From an uncultured Planctomycetota bacterium (GTDB taxonomy: Bacteria > Planctomycetota > Planctomycetia > Isosphaerales > Isosphaeraceae), in NCBI GenBank assembly GCA_963823665.1, contig CAWGMQ010000011.1, positions 224,001-288,000 on the forward strand: a stretch of DNA of 64,000 bases, read 5' to 3'. Both the position numbers and the translations under genes were made by a program. The notes under the pieces are model-generated. The model saw only the letters and a list, made by a program, of their open reading frames with translations, searched no databases and was not told the origin of the DNA. Of the stretch, positions 21,234 to 32,886 are shown in pieces. The first letter of the stretch is position 1. Every line of letters starts with the position of its first letter.

Positions 21234-22790
21234 TCAAGCGGTGTGTGTGGCGACCTCTTCCTGGAGGGCGAGGACCATCCGGTGGAACACCTCCTCCCAC
21301 GCACCCATCGTGGTTTGCCGGAAAAGCCGGAGGCTGGAGTACCAAGGGGAATGGTCGCCGTCGACCATCCACCGCCAGTCTCCGGCGCGGCAGAGGGCGA
21401 CCCAACACTTGACGGCGAGTGCGCCGGCCAAGTGGGCGACGGCCGTCTCGGGAGTGATGACCAGGTCCAGGAGGCTCATCACGGCGGCGGTGTCGAGGAA
21501 ATCGCGGCGAGGCTCGAGCCCCGCGATCGGTTGATCGAGCTCGGTGACGGGAAATCGCCCATTGAGAGCGCTCAGTTGCTCGGTTCCCGGACCCTTCTGC
21601 AGGCTGATCAGACGCACCCCGGGAATCATGGCCAGTGGAGCCAGCAAATGAAGCGGGAAAGAGCGCCAGCGATCGATCCTGTTTTCGGGATTTCCCTGCC
21701 AGGCGATTCCGATCTTGTAAACGGAGGTGAGATCAGCGAGGCCGAGTGCTTGCGAGAGCACACGGCGCCAGTGTTCGATGGTGGCGGCGTCGGCCGAGAG
21801 ATAAGGCGCTTGCGGAAGAGACGAAAGAGTTGTGCCGATGATGGCGGGGATGCTCATGAGCGGAGCGTGCACATCGAATGGGGGAGGGGGCGTTGTGCCA
21901 TCGAAGACGCGCTCGACTCCATTGCAGCGAGCGACGAGGCGGACGAGCGACGGCTGGGAGAGGACCCAGACGCGGCCACCGCGCTGGGCGACCTGGGGGG
22001 CGAACCGAATGAACTGAAGGGTGTCTCCGAGGCCTTGTTCCCAGTGGAGCAAGATCGTTTTCCTGTCGATATGTTCACCTGTCCATCGCGGTTTAGCGAC
22101 ACGGAATCCGGGTGGGTTACGGCACTTGAGGCGCCACTCGGCTTCGGGCCAGCCCCGTTCGAAGTCGCCGTGAGCGAGCCAGCCCAGGGCGCGATTGCGG
22201 TGGGCCTCACCGAAGTCTGGGCGGAGCTCGATGGCCTTCTCGTAATGATCCATGGCCTCGGGCCAGAGGTTTTTGCGGGCGAGTGTCATTCCGAGATTGT
22301 CCCAGGCGTCGGCGGAATCGGGGCGCAAGGCCAGCGCGGAGTGAAGCCACTCAATGGCGTCGTCAAATTGACCCATGTCGGAGAGGGAGACACCCAGATT
22401 CATCTGTGTGTCGAACGCATGGGGCTCGAGCGCGAGCGATTTTCGGTAGAACGTGATGGCGCGATCGGGGCGGCCCTGCTCCCAGAGCACGATTCCCAAG
22501 TTGTTCAGGATTCCGAAGTCGTTCGGTTTCAATTGGTGGGCGCGGAGGTAATAGGCCATTGCTTCGGAGGCGCGACCTTGTTCCCAGACGGCGGTGCCGA
22601 GGTTATTGAGGACGTCCGCGTCATCGGGATTCAAAGTAAGGGCTTCGCGAAAAACGGGTTCCGCTTCGGCGTACCGCTTTTGGCCGAGCAACCAAGTGCC
22701 GTGACTGAAGAGGGTTCTGGAGGCCGAGTTGGCGCTTGCTGGCGGTCGAGCGGCAGTCTGGGGTATGCGGACCTGGATGAGCCCGTTCAT
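21234..22790 (-). CDS. TPR-containing glycosyltransferase family 9-like protein
   Basis: About 6 TPRs then EQGLGDTLQFIRF, IGIAWQGNP, LDLVITPETAVAHLAGAL, SPWYSSLRLFRQ. Confidence 0.9.
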   Translation of the reverse strand: MNGLIQVRIPQTAARPPASANSASRTLFSHGTWLLGQKRYAEAEPVFREALTLNPDDADVLNNLGTAVWEQGRASEAMAYYLRAHQLKPNDFGILNNLGIVLWEQGRPDRAITFYRKSLALEPHAFDTQMNLGVSLSDMGQFDDAIEWLHSALALRPDSADAWDNLGMTLARKNLWPEAMDHYEKAIELRPDFGEAHRNRALGWLAHGDFERGWPEAEWRLKCRNPPGFRVAKPRWTGEHIDRKTILLHWEQGLGDTLQFIRFAPQVAQRGGRVWVLSQPSLVRLVARCNGVERVFDGTTPPPPFDVHAPLMSIPAIIGTTLSSLPQAPYLSADAATIEHWRRVLSQALGLADLTSVYKIGIAWQGNPENRIDRWRSFPLHLLAPLAMIPGVRLISLQKGPGTEQLSALNGRFPVTELDQPIAGLEPRRDFLDTAAVMSLLDLVITPETAVAHLAGALAVKCWVALCRAGDWRWMVDGDHSPWYSSLRLFRQTTMGAWEEVFHRMVLALQEEVATHTA

Positions 22791-22919
22791 GGGATAGCTC
22801 CGTCAGGCCGGTCACCCGGCCGGAGGCTCATGAAACGCGAGAGGGAGGTCGGCCGGAGACGCCGGCCAGTCGATGTGGGTTGTGCCAGAGTAAAGCGTTA
22901 TTCTCAGAGTCTTCCAAGA

Positions 22920-23267
22920 TCAGTTTGGCCGAGACCGTCGTGAGCGGTCGGGTTCAGGCTTACCGGGCCGCTGCGGGGGAAACTCGACATACGGAAGTCC
23001 CAGTTTTCGTTTGAAGTAGATGATCTCGCCGGGATCCGTGCCTTCGAGTACATGCCCAGCGAACTGGAGGATATATCCGCCGACGAACAGCGCCAGAGCC
23101 AGAAGAAAGATCGGGAATGAGAGCAAGCAGAGATAGATTGGCACGAACAAGACGCCCAGGATGGTGGGAGGAATGCCGATCATGTGCAAGATGAAGCTGG
23201 CGGGGCTCAAGTGCCTCTCGAGCCAATGCTGGACCAGCGGATGTGAGGGTATTGGCGGATCGATCAT
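22920..23267 (-). CDS. Mpo1/DUF962-like membrane protein
   Basis: RH...LHMIGIP...[13 protein letters not shown]. Confidence 0.8.
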   Translation of the reverse strand: MIDPPIPSHPLVQHWLERHLSPASFILHMIGIPPTILGVLFVPIYLCLLSFPIFLLALALFVGGYILQFAGHVLEGTDPGEIIYFKRKLGLPYVEFPPQRPGKPEPDRSRRSRPN

Positions 23268-23459
23268 TGGGCTGGCGAGTCGTGCTCGTGCGTGAGGACC
23301 ACACCGCGCGGGCTAAATCTGCTCTGCTTGACGGGGCGAGCGGGGCAAGTTAGCCTGGCGAACACATGGAATCACCAGCATACCGACGGAATTGCCGTTG
23401 GCAACGGCCTTGCGCACCATCAAGCCAACTCACGCAAGCTCAGGGGAGATCGTCGACAG

Positions 23460-24554
23460 ATGGCATATGAAGTAACGTTGATTCTTGGAGACGGTGTTGG
23501 GCCTGAGCTGGCCGAGGCCGCCAAGATGTGCATCGAAGCGACCGGCGTCTCGATCAAGTGGGATGAGCAGGAAGCGGGTGTGGATGTGATGGCCAAGCTG
23601 GGCACGCCGCTCCCGGACAGTGTGATTGAATCTTGCCGGCGGACCAAGGTTGCGCTCAAGGCGCCGGTAACCACTCCGGTCGGAACGGGTTTTCGAAGCG
23701 TGAACGTGCACTTGCGCCACGCACTGGACCTCTACGCGTGCGTTCGACCGTGCAAGCTGTTCAAGGGGGTGCGCAGCTACTTTTCCAATGCGGACGTTGA
23801 CCTGGTAATTGTGCGTGAGAACACCGAAAGCCTGTACTTCGGCTGCGAGTTCGAGCAGGGCAAGCCCGAGACGGCCGAGTTCATCGCAGACATTAAGCGA
23901 TTAAACGGCAAGACGATCCGGCCCGACTCGGGTATCACGATCAAGGCGATCTCGATCACCGGAACTCGCAGGATTGTGAAGTACGCGCTTGAATATGCTC
24001 GGAAGCACGGTCGCAAGAAGGTGACAGCGGTGCACAAGGCCAACATACTCAAGTACAGCGACGGTCTATTTCTGCAAGTGGCGCGTGACGTCGCCAAGGA
24101 CTACCCCGATATTGAGTTCGAAGATCGTATTGTTGATAATATGTGTATGCAACTTGTACAGAAGCCCGAGCTGTATGATGTGATGGTGCTTCCCAACCTT
24201 TACGGCGACATCGTGTCAGACTTGTGTGCGGGGCTGGTGGGGGGCTTAGGGGTGGCGCCCGGGGCGAACATCGGGGAGTCGGGAGCTGTCTTCGAGGCAA
24301 CGCACGGCTCGGCACCCAAGTACAAAGGTCTGTACAAAATGAACCCTACGGCGCTTATTCTCTCCGGGGTGTTGATGCTCGATCATCTGGGAGAAGCGAG
24401 GGCTGCGCGGAAGCTGGAGAGAGCGGTAGCGACGGTGATCGAAGAGGGCAAGGACGTTACGTACGACCTGAAGCAAGATCGCAACGATCCGACGGCCGTG
24501 GGGACGCTCGAGATGGCGAAGGCGATCATTCGCGCGATGGAAGCCGATGATTGA
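23460..24554 (+). CDS. icd: Isocitrate/isopropylmalate dehydrogenase family protein (probable isocitrate dehydrogenase)
   Basis: [40 protein letters not shown]. Confidence 0.88.
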   Translation: MAYEVTLILGDGVGPELAEAAKMCIEATGVSIKWDEQEAGVDVMAKLGTPLPDSVIESCRRTKVALKAPVTTPVGTGFRSVNVHLRHALDLYACVRPCKLFKGVRSYFSNADVDLVIVRENTESLYFGCEFEQGKPETAEFIADIKRLNGKTIRPDSGITIKAISITGTRRIVKYALEYARKHGRKKVTAVHKANILKYSDGLFLQVARDVAKDYPDIEFEDRIVDNMCMQLVQKPELYDVMVLPNLYGDIVSDLCAGLVGGLGVAPGANIGESGAVFEATHGSAPKYKGLYKMNPTALILSGVLMLDHLGEARAARKLERAVATVIEEGKDVTYDLKQDRNDPTAVGTLEMAKAIIRAMEADD

Positions 24555-25627
24555 TTCGACTGGACCGTGAACAGTATTTGCGACTGGTTCGAGGAGAATC
24601 GAGCGGCGTCCTGGCGGAGCTGGCGCGCGGAGCTACGGGCGCGGCTGCGCTCGCGTATGGAGCGGTGGTCGCGGCGCGCAACTGGGGTTACGACCGTGGC
24701 TGGTTGCGCAGTCATGCGGCGACAGTTCCGGTTGTTTCGGTGGGCAACTTGACGCTCGGCGGAACGGGAAAAACGCCGATGATCGAGTGGCTTGCCCGCT
24801 GGTTTCGTCGACACGAGGTTCGGGTTGCGATTCTGAGCCGTGGTTATGGCCATACTGGCGGACTCAACGATGAGGGGCGGGTGCTGGAGGAGAATTTGCC
24901 GGATGTTCCCCATCTTCAAAGTCCGGATCGTGTGGCGCAGTCGAGGGTGGCTGTCGTTGAGCTCGAGACAGAGGTGATCTTGCTGGACGATGGTTTTCAA
25001 CATCGCCGTTTGAGGCGGGATCTGGATGTGGTCTTGCTCGACGCGCTCGAGCCGTTCGGCCGGGCCCGGCTCTTCCCGAGGGGCCTGCTCCGCGAGCCGG
25101 TTCGGTCGCTAAGGCGCGCGGGGGTCGTCGTCTTGTCGCGTGCGGACCTGATCTGCGCCGCCGAGCGCGAGGCGATCAGGGTCGAGGCCCAGCGCAGAGC
25201 CGGGCCGCTGAAATGGGTCGAGGCACGGCATGGAACCGTCGATCTGATTGATGAAGAGGGCCGCTCATTTTCGCTGGATGAAATCGGCGGTAAGTCTGTG
25301 GCGGCGTTTTGTGGCATTGGCAATCCGGAGGGCTTTCGCCGCACGCTGCTCGAGCTCGGCGGCGATCTGATCGGGTTCCGCGTGTTTCCGGACCACCACC
25401 CGTATACCGCTGCAGACGTCCGCGTGCTTGAGGGTTGGGTTCGCGACAGCGGCGCCAATCTCGTCTTGACCACACAAAAGGATTCGGTCAAGCTGCGCGC
25501 TGGCTCGCTGGGGCCGACTCCGCTTCGAGCCGTACGGATTGGGCTCGAGATCACGGCGGGGTATGAGATCATGGACGACCTGCTCGCCTCGCTGCTTCCG
25601 GGACGACACCGGAGTGAGCCGCGGTAA
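24551..25627 (+). CDS. lpxK: Tetraacyldisaccharide 4'-kinase
   Basis: [32 protein letters not shown]. Confidence 0.95.
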   Translation: MIRLDREQYLRLVRGESSGVLAELARGATGAAALAYGAVVAARNWGYDRGWLRSHAATVPVVSVGNLTLGGTGKTPMIEWLARWFRRHEVRVAILSRGYGHTGGLNDEGRVLEENLPDVPHLQSPDRVAQSRVAVVELETEVILLDDGFQHRRLRRDLDVVLLDALEPFGRARLFPRGLLREPVRSLRRAGVVVLSRADLICAAEREAIRVEAQRRAGPLKWVEARHGTVDLIDEEGRSFSLDEIGGKSVAAFCGIGNPEGFRRTLLELGGDLIGFRVFPDHHPYTAADVRVLEGWVRDSGANLVLTTQKDSVKLRAGSLGPTPLRAVRIGLEITAGYEIMDDLLASLLPGRHRSEPR

Positions 25628-25638
25628 AAGGATTTCCC

Positions 25639-26670
25639 GTGAGCTGGAACGGATCAGCCGATGATCGGCCGGCGGTTGCCGCTGCTGAGCTTGACTTTCA
25701 CGCCCTGCGCTATGAACCGCTCGACGAGCGTCCGAGCAAGGTCTCGCTCGCCAACCTGGGACGTCCCGGGCCGAGCGAGCCGTGGATGGCGGATTGGCTT
25801 GATCGACTTCCCAGGGTCTTGGGCGCGGATGCACTACGGCGGCTGTGTGATGCGATTGTTTGCGCCGCCGGGGCCGGGCGCCCGGTAGTCGCGGCACTGG
25901 GCGGTCACGTTGTGAAGACTGGCTGTGGAGTCTATCTGGTCGATTGGATGAGTCGAGGAATTCTCACCGGGCTCGCTCTCAATGGTTCCGCCGCCATCCA
26001 TGACCTCGAGCTGGCGATTGCCGGCAAGACAAGCGAGGACGTCGGCAGCCGGCTGATGGCGGGCAACTTCGGGTTTGCCCGCGAGACGTCGGATCTCTTC
26101 GCGCTGGCGTGCAAACGCGCGGTGTCGAAGTCGATCGGACTGGGGGCTGCTCTGGGGGACATAGTCCTCGAACGAGGTGGGCCCGGTGTCGATCAATCAC
26201 TCCTCGTGGCGGCGCGTCGGTTTGATCTTCCGCTCACCGTCCACGTCGCCATCGGCACCGACATCGTGCACATGACTCCGGCGCTCGACGGGGCCGCGCT
26301 AGGTAAGGCCGCTCTTGACGATTTCCGTGGCCTGTGCGGACTCGTGGCACGGTTATCAGGGGGCGTCTGGCTTAACATCGGCAGCGCGGTCGTGATGCCC
26401 GAAGTGTTCTTGAAGGCGGTCTCGATTGCGCGGAACCTCGGGCATTCGCTCGACGGCTTGACGACAGCGAACCTTGATTTTGATCAGAAATACCGTGGCT
26501 TGCTCAACGTGCTCGAGCGGCCGGGTGCTCAGGGCATTGCTCTCACCGGACATCATGAAATCTTGATTCCATTGCTCCATGCCGTCGTGTTATCGAGGAT
26601 TGCTCAGACCGGGGAGGACGGTATCTCCGGCCTTCATTCTGCCGCAATCGCCAGCGCCGAGGCACGATGA
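25639..26670 (+). CDS. Conserved hypothetical protein, deoxyhypusine-synthase-like
   Basis: LGGHVVKTG, NGSAAIHDLE, TVHVAIGTDIVH, GSAVVMPEVFLKA, GHHEILIPL. Confidence 0.7.
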   Translation: MSWNGSADDRPAVAAAELDFHALRYEPLDERPSKVSLANLGRPGPSEPWMADWLDRLPRVLGADALRRLCDAIVCAAGAGRPVVAALGGHVVKTGCGVYLVDWMSRGILTGLALNGSAAIHDLELAIAGKTSEDVGSRLMAGNFGFARETSDLFALACKRAVSKSIGLGAALGDIVLERGGPGVDQSLLVAARRFDLPLTVHVAIGTDIVHMTPALDGAALGKAALDDFRGLCGLVARLSGGVWLNIGSAVVMPEVFLKAVSIARNLGHSLDGLTTANLDFDQKYRGLLNVLERPGAQGIALTGHHEILIPLLHAVVLSRIAQTGEDGISGLHSAAIASAEAR

Positions 26671-27740
26671 AGATTGCTGTATTCTGCCCCAACTTGATCG
26701 GCGATACGGTAATGGCGACGCCGGCATTCCGTGCGTTGCGCCAAGGTTTCCCAAACGCGAAGCTGACGCTCGTGATCAAACCGGGAGTCTGGCCTACTCT
26801 AGAAGGTACGACCTGGTTCGACGAGATCATTCGATTTGACCCACACTCCCTGGATCGGGAGGAGCGGACGATACGAGTTGTGAGACGGCTTCGGCGAGAG
26901 CGATTCGACGTAGCGGTGCTGTTCCCGAACTCGATCCGTTCGGCGTGGATTGCGTGGTTGGCGGGAATCCCGCGTCGGGTTGGCTTCGTGCGCCACGGCC
27001 GCGGCTGGCTGCTCTCTGAAGGCTTGCATTATCCTCGCGACGCAATGGGGCGGCGGCTTCCGACGCCGATTGTCGAATCGTATCTGAAGCTGGCTCGTCA
27101 GTTGGGCTGTCGAGTCGACTCGGTCCGAACGGAGCTCGCGACGACCTGCGATGACGAGGTGGCCGCCGATCTAGCCTGGTCGGAGCTTGGTCTGGATTCC
27201 TGCGACCGAGTCGTATGCTTCAACACGGGAGGTGCATTTGGTCCAGCCAAGAGCTGGCCCAGCACGCATTTCGCCGAGCTGGCGCGGCGACTCGCGAGTG
27301 AGGCCGACGTGGCCGTGCTCGTGCTCTGCGGACCGGATGAACGTGCTTCGGCGCAGGAGATCGTACGTTTGGCTTCCCACCCGCGGATCGTCAGTCTGGC
27401 CGATCGATCTCTGGGTATCGGCCTGACCAAGGCATGTGTGCGACGGTCGACGTTGTTGATCACCACTGATTCCGGTCCGCGCCATTTCGCAGCTTCGTTC
27501 AACACACCGGTCATCACCTTGTTTGGCCCGACTCATGTGGCCTGGACGCGTACGCATCATCCGGGTGCATTGCACCTTTTCCATCCTGTTCCCTGCGGCC
27601 CCTGCCAGCGCGCGGTTTGCCCTGAGGGCCATCACCGTTGTATGCGCGAACTCGCGCCAGAAAGGGTTTACCGGGTGGCGCTGCGCCTTCTCGTGGGTAT
27701 ATCGAACGAAACGTCTTCTCTCGTCAGGTGTGCGGAGTGA
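26667..27740 (+). CDS. waaF: Lipopolysaccharide heptosyltransferase II (GT9)
   Basis: PNLIGDTVMATP, GGAFGPAKSWP, TDSGPRHFA, LFGPT. Confidence 0.9.
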   Translation: MKIAVFCPNLIGDTVMATPAFRALRQGFPNAKLTLVIKPGVWPTLEGTTWFDEIIRFDPHSLDREERTIRVVRRLRRERFDVAVLFPNSIRSAWIAWLAGIPRRVGFVRHGRGWLLSEGLHYPRDAMGRRLPTPIVESYLKLARQLGCRVDSVRTELATTCDDEVAADLAWSELGLDSCDRVVCFNTGGAFGPAKSWPSTHFAELARRLASEADVAVLVLCGPDERASAQEIVRLASHPRIVSLADRSLGIGLTKACVRRSTLLITTDSGPRHFAASFNTPVITLFGPTHVAWTRTHHPGALHLFHPVPCGPCQRAVCPEGHHRCMRELAPERVYRVALRLLVGISNETSSLVRCAE

Positions 27741-27743
27741 ATC

Positions 27744-28706
27744 ATGGCGGTTTGGCTGGTTACGGGAGCGACGGGATTCGTCGGACGCCACGTTCTCAAG
27801 GCGCTCCTTGACGGATCGCCCAGACCCGCGATTCGCAGCGAAACGGTAGTCCTTGGACGCCGATGTCCTGCAGGCTGGCCGGAAAATGCGTTCGCCGCGG
27901 CCGACCTGGAGGACGCGGCTCAGACTCGGATCGCCATCGAGCGAATCGCACCAGATGTGGTGATTCACACTGCAGGTCGCACGCCACCGGCATCTGACGA
28001 CGAAATGTACCGCATCAACTTCTGGGGAACGCAACATCTCTTGAGCGCTCTTCGCTCGCTGCGAAAGAAGGTTCGCGTCGTGATCTCCGGCTCGGCGGCT
28101 GAGCTAGGGCCGGTGGACGTGGATTGCTTACCGGTGGTGGAGTCCTACCCGTGCGAACCCTGGAACGCTTACGGGCGTAGCAAGTGGCTGGCCACGAAAA
28201 GCGCGTTGTCAGAGCGGTCGCCGCTGGAATTGGTGGTTGCCCGATTATTCAACCCGATGGGTCCGGGAACTCCGACCAGCCAGGCACTGGGACTGTTCGC
28301 CAGCCGGCTCATCGAAGCCGAGCATGACCCGCTCGAACTGACCGTTGGCGATCTGGACAGTCGGCGCGATTTCATCGACGTTCGAGACGTCGCCCGGGCG
28401 ATGGTGGCTCTCGCCACACGGGCGCAGGCGGGCATGGTCTACAATGTCGGCACCGGCAAGTCCCAGCGGGTGGGCGACGGGCTAGACCGGCTCATCAAGT
28501 TGAGCGGCCGTTCGGTTCGACTCCGCATTGATCTGGTACGCCGTGACCGAAGCGGCCCAGTGGACTCGCGTGCAGATATCAATCGGATCATCACACACAC
28601 GGGTTGGCATCCGCAAGTTTCCTGGGAGGAGAGTCTCTTGGATCTCTGGCGCGCCGCGAACGAACGCCGGCCGCTGCATCAGTCGGGCAGAATCACGGCA
28701 GCTTGA
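27744..28706 (+). CDS. NAD-dependent epimerase/dehydratase (GDP-sugar reductase-like)
   Basis: VTGATGFVG, YGRSK (YxxxK), RDFIDVRDV, YNVGTG. Confidence 0.9.
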   Translation: MAVWLVTGATGFVGRHVLKALLDGSPRPAIRSETVVLGRRCPAGWPENAFAAADLEDAAQTRIAIERIAPDVVIHTAGRTPPASDDEMYRINFWGTQHLLSALRSLRKKVRVVISGSAAELGPVDVDCLPVVESYPCEPWNAYGRSKWLATKSALSERSPLELVVARLFNPMGPGTPTSQALGLFASRLIEAEHDPLELTVGDLDSRRDFIDVRDVARAMVALATRAQAGMVYNVGTGKSQRVGDGLDRLIKLSGRSVRLRIDLVRRDRSGPVDSRADINRIITHTGWHPQVSWEESLLDLWRAANERRPLHQSGRITAA

Positions 28707-28777
28707 ACGTGGAAATCACAAAGCCGCGCACTTGGGCGCTGGCGAATAATCGGCATCTCCGCCGCGGTCTCCGGGAC

Positions 28778-30545
28778 CTATTTGGGGGGCGTCTGGCGGT
28801 ACGCCGTTTGGCGGCGGTAGAGCTCGAGACGCTCGCCGAAGGCCTCTCGCTCGTTTTCGGCGCCGAGCAATCCAATTGCCTTGATCTGGCACTTCACGGC
28901 CGAAGCGAAGTCGCGTGCCTCGGCGTAGGAGGCGGCAAGCGTGCCGAGGGAATGCGCGTTTCTCCATCCGGAGAGCGCACAAGCCCTGATCGCGGATTCG
29001 AGCGCCTTGTTCGCGTCACGAAATTCTGCGACAGGGCAGGTTGCCCGCAGCCACGCACGATCGTTATACGCTGCGGCGTTCCGCGGCTCGAGCATGACTG
29101 CCTTGTCGTAGTCGGCGATTGCCTTGTTGTATTCCCGCTTGTTGGACAACGCGAATGCTCGATGAATGTATGCATCAGGACACCCAGGCTCGAGTCGAAT
29201 CGCTTCATTGAATTCGGCGAGCGCCTTGCCGAATTCTTTCTGGGCGATCCAAGCACATCCCTGGTCGATGTGACCAGCGATTCGAGGGTTGGTCCGCGAG
29301 GATTCATTTCCTGCTTCGAGGGTCGGGTGCTGCTTCTCTTCGTTGGCGATTTTGACCACGACGCCTGGCCTGGCCGCAATCGGCCGCGGAAGATTGTGGA
29401 TCGCTGCGCGAAACGCGGCCAGAGCCTCGTCTTTGCCACGATCGATGGGTATGTTGTCTGGCGCGTCAATGAGGACGGGATTGAGCCGAATCGCCTCTCG
29501 AAATGCCGCGACGGCTTCGTCCTTGCGTCCCTGGCTGGCCAGAGCAACGCCGAGAGAGAAGTGGGCATCGTGGGAGCCAGGCCTGATTTTGATCGCAAGC
29601 TCCAGCGTCGCGATCGCCTCGGCAGTCCGTCCCTGCAAGAGCAAGGCTTCGCCAAGGTCGAGGTACGTATCTGGATCGTCGGGGTTCAGCTTGATCGCGA
29701 CGCGGAACTCCGTTATTGCGTCATCGTACTTCTTCTGGTCGACCAAGGCATTGGCAAGGTTCTCGTGGCGCAGCGCGGCTCAGAGGACGCAAGGCGATCG
29801 CACGCGAAAAGTAACGTGCCGCCTCGACGGGGTCCGCAAGGGGCGCGTCCACCATGTTCAGGTTTCCCTGCTCGATGCAGACCCAAAAATCATCTGGAAA
29901 CCGGCGCTCTGCGATGTTGAGAACGGGCATGGACGTTGCCGGCTCCCCGGCATCCCAGAGCATTCGAACCAGCAGCACGAGGCTTCGGGCAGGCTGCGTG
30001 TTCATCGCCTCGACTTCGGCTGCACGAGCTCGCAGCGAAGTGATTGTTTCGGCTGACGGTCGGTCGAACTGATCCCGAATCGCATTTCGCCAGGGATCCG
30101 CGTCGACCGCGCGAGCCACCTCCCTCAGCCGCCGCCACGACTGCGCCCCGAGCTCGCGCCGCCGCACATTACACCAGTCGTCGATCGCCGCAACGACCTC
30201 GATCGTCGACCGCGTAGCCGCCAGCTTCGCTGCCGCCACCTTGGTTTCGACCCGGTCGAGATCCAATCCGTACGCAAGAAATGCCGCGCCCATGTCGCGG
30301 TCGAATCGCGCTGGATTCAAATCTTCGGTGGCCGCGTGCTGCACCCTCCCGAGGTCAGCCAACAACAACCGCTCGTCATCGTCGGCGGTACGATTGGCTT
30401 CTCTGGAATGTGAAGCATCCGTCGGAGCGACGCCTCGCGACTCGACCCACGGCGGGGGAGTGAGAGCCCCCGCAGCGACGATGCTGGCCACCCACCAACA
30501 AGGCTGAAATGAAGATGTGAACACAGCGGCCACTGTGCGGGGCAT
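28778..30545 (-). CDS. TPR protein C (hydrophobic leader + DPWRN domain + TPRs; frameshift near 29767)
   Basis: ORFs 29721-30545 and 28778-29746 join; GGAGGA RBS; C-terminal ATCP...ACAL...LAASYAE cap. Confidence 0.8.
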
Positions 30546-30767
30546 GTGAGGTCCTCCGTGCCAGGTGCAGGTTCTCCGGTGATTCCTGCATTGAAAAGTA
30601 ACAGCATTCGAAACCTTCCGCTACAAGAAAGTTCCGATCGGTCGGCACTGCTTCCAGCCGCCGCGTTTGAACGAGACCCACGGTGAATGAAAGCCCCGAA
30701 ATCGTCCCGTTGTGCAAGCCAAGGCCTTCGTCAGACGCGGCGTTTTCTCATTGATCGTCGCGCCGGA

Positions 30768-32811
30768 TCAATCCGTTGCCGACTGCCGGAACGGCTTCTC
30801 CTGTTGATACAGAACGAGACGCGCGAGGAATTCGTCTCTCTCTAAGTTGTCCGTAAGAACCTCGATCGCTTTGGTCTGCCACTTGACCGCTGAGTTGAAG
30901 TCACCTGTCTCCGCGCTTGCTGCGGCGAGTGTGTCGAGAATCATTGCATCGTTCCAGGCTGTCAGTTCACACGCCTTCTGGGCTGTGTCGCGGGCTTTCT
31001 TGCCGTCGCGATACTGCCCGTCAGGGCACGTCGACCAGAGCCACGCGCGGCCGTTCAAGGCACCGGCATCGTCCGGGTCGAGCCGGATGGCCATCTCGTA
31101 ATCAGCGAGCGCTTTCTCATAGTTTCGCTTCTGGGCCCAAACGTAGCCGCGGCCGGTAAAAGCGCTTGCTCCACCAGGCTCGAGCCGCGCTGCATCGTCG
31201 AAGTCGGCAATTGCCTTGTGAAACTCCTTCTGGCTGGTCCAGGCGTGTCCGCGAGCAACGTAGGCCGCAGCGAACAACGGGTCGCACCGGATCGCATCAT
31301 CGAAGTCGACCTTGGCTTTCTCAAATTCTCTCTTCGCGGACAAGGCAAATCCACGTCCATAGTAGGATCTCGCGTCTTCCGGCGCCATTCGGATCGCCTC
31401 ATTGAAATCGTCGATCGCCGCCGCGAGATTCCTTTTGCCAAGCCACGCAAAACCTCGACCTCGGTATGCGCTGCTCTGACGGTCCAGCCGCAGAGCTTCG
31501 TCGTAGTCTGTAATCGCACGATCGAATTCTTTCCTCATGAGCCAGATTTCGCCGCGGACGAGGTAGGCGCTGGCGAACTTCGGGTCGAGTTTGATCAATT
31601 TGTCGAAGTCGGAGATCGCCTTGCTGTATTCTCTTTCGTGAGCGTACTTGATTCCGCGGTTGTAAAGCCCCGCGGCAGTCTGAGGCGCAGATCGGCGCCG
31701 ATTTGGTTACCGGAGAGAAAACCTCGGCAAGCGCTTCCTTTTCGGGCGTGGTTAGGACCGATTCGGACTGATCAAACGAATGTGCTGGCTCGTGCCCTTG
31801 CCTGGTTTCGACCACGGTCAAGGCTTGGTCCAATTGCTTCGTATCTGTCAATTGAACGTTCGAGTCCTTCTTGAGCCGGTCTGCTTCAAGAAATACGACA
31901 GTCGCCTCGTCCATTTTGCCTTCGTTCGCCAAGGCGCTTCCCAGGTTCGTATGCGCTGCAACACTTCGAGGTCGCAACGCGACGGCTCTGGCAAACGACT
32001 GGGCCGCCTGTGGAGCGTTGGGATTTTCTGCTCTCGAACCGTAGATTCTTCCCAGCTCGAACCACACCCAGAAGTTACTTGCGAATCGCCTGGAAGCGAC
32101 ACACAGGACTGACGCTGCTCCGGATTGATCGCCGGCATCGTCGATCAAGAGTGCAAGCACGATCAAGCTCGCTGCGGGCTGCGTTTCCAGTGCCCGAGCG
32201 TTTGCCGCCAGCGTTTGCAGTGCTGGCAGCGCGTCCGCCGGTGCACGGTCATATTGATCGCGAAGCGCGTTGCGCCACGGGTCGGGATCCGCCGCGCGCG
32301 CAACGTCGGTCAGTCGGCGCCAGCTCGAGTCATGCAATCGCGTTCGACGAATGTGGCACCATCGGTCAAGTTCGGAAGCAAGAGCGCGCGTAGATGCCCG
32401 GCGGCCGAGTTGCTCCCCAGCAATCTTCGGGTCGACGCGGTCGAGGTCGAGACGATAACGTCGAAACGCCGCGGCAAGCTCTCGGTCGAGCTCGCCTGGG
32501 TCGAAGTGATCGGCATACGCGTCAAATGCCGCTGCCAGATCGGCCATCAGTTTCAATTCGGCATCGCCGTCGAGGCCGCTGACATCGTTGGGCGATTGAA
32601 GTGTACTCGCCTTGCGACCTGGAGGCTCGTCGGGCACGCCCGCTGCCAGACCGACGCAAGGATTCCCTGTGGTCATCGTTACTCCCAGAATCCATGAAGC
32701 GACACCGCCGATGAGCAACCGACGAAACAGTCGCTCTTCACTGCCTGGCGCGGCGGTGGCGTCAGGAATCGTTTCGGCTCGGGAATAGCGAGTGAAGGCG
32801 CTGGCAGACAT
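30768..32811 (-). CDS. TPR protein B (hydrophobic leader + DPDPWRN domain + TPRs; frameshift near 31690)
   Basis: ORFs 31399-32871 and 30768-31598 join; ATG 32811 with GGAGGA. Confidence 0.8.
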
Positions 32812-32886
32812 GCAATTTCCTCCGTGCTCGTCCAATGCCCAATCTGGGTCCAATACGAGCCCATGTGTCACCAGGATTTCGGTCGA

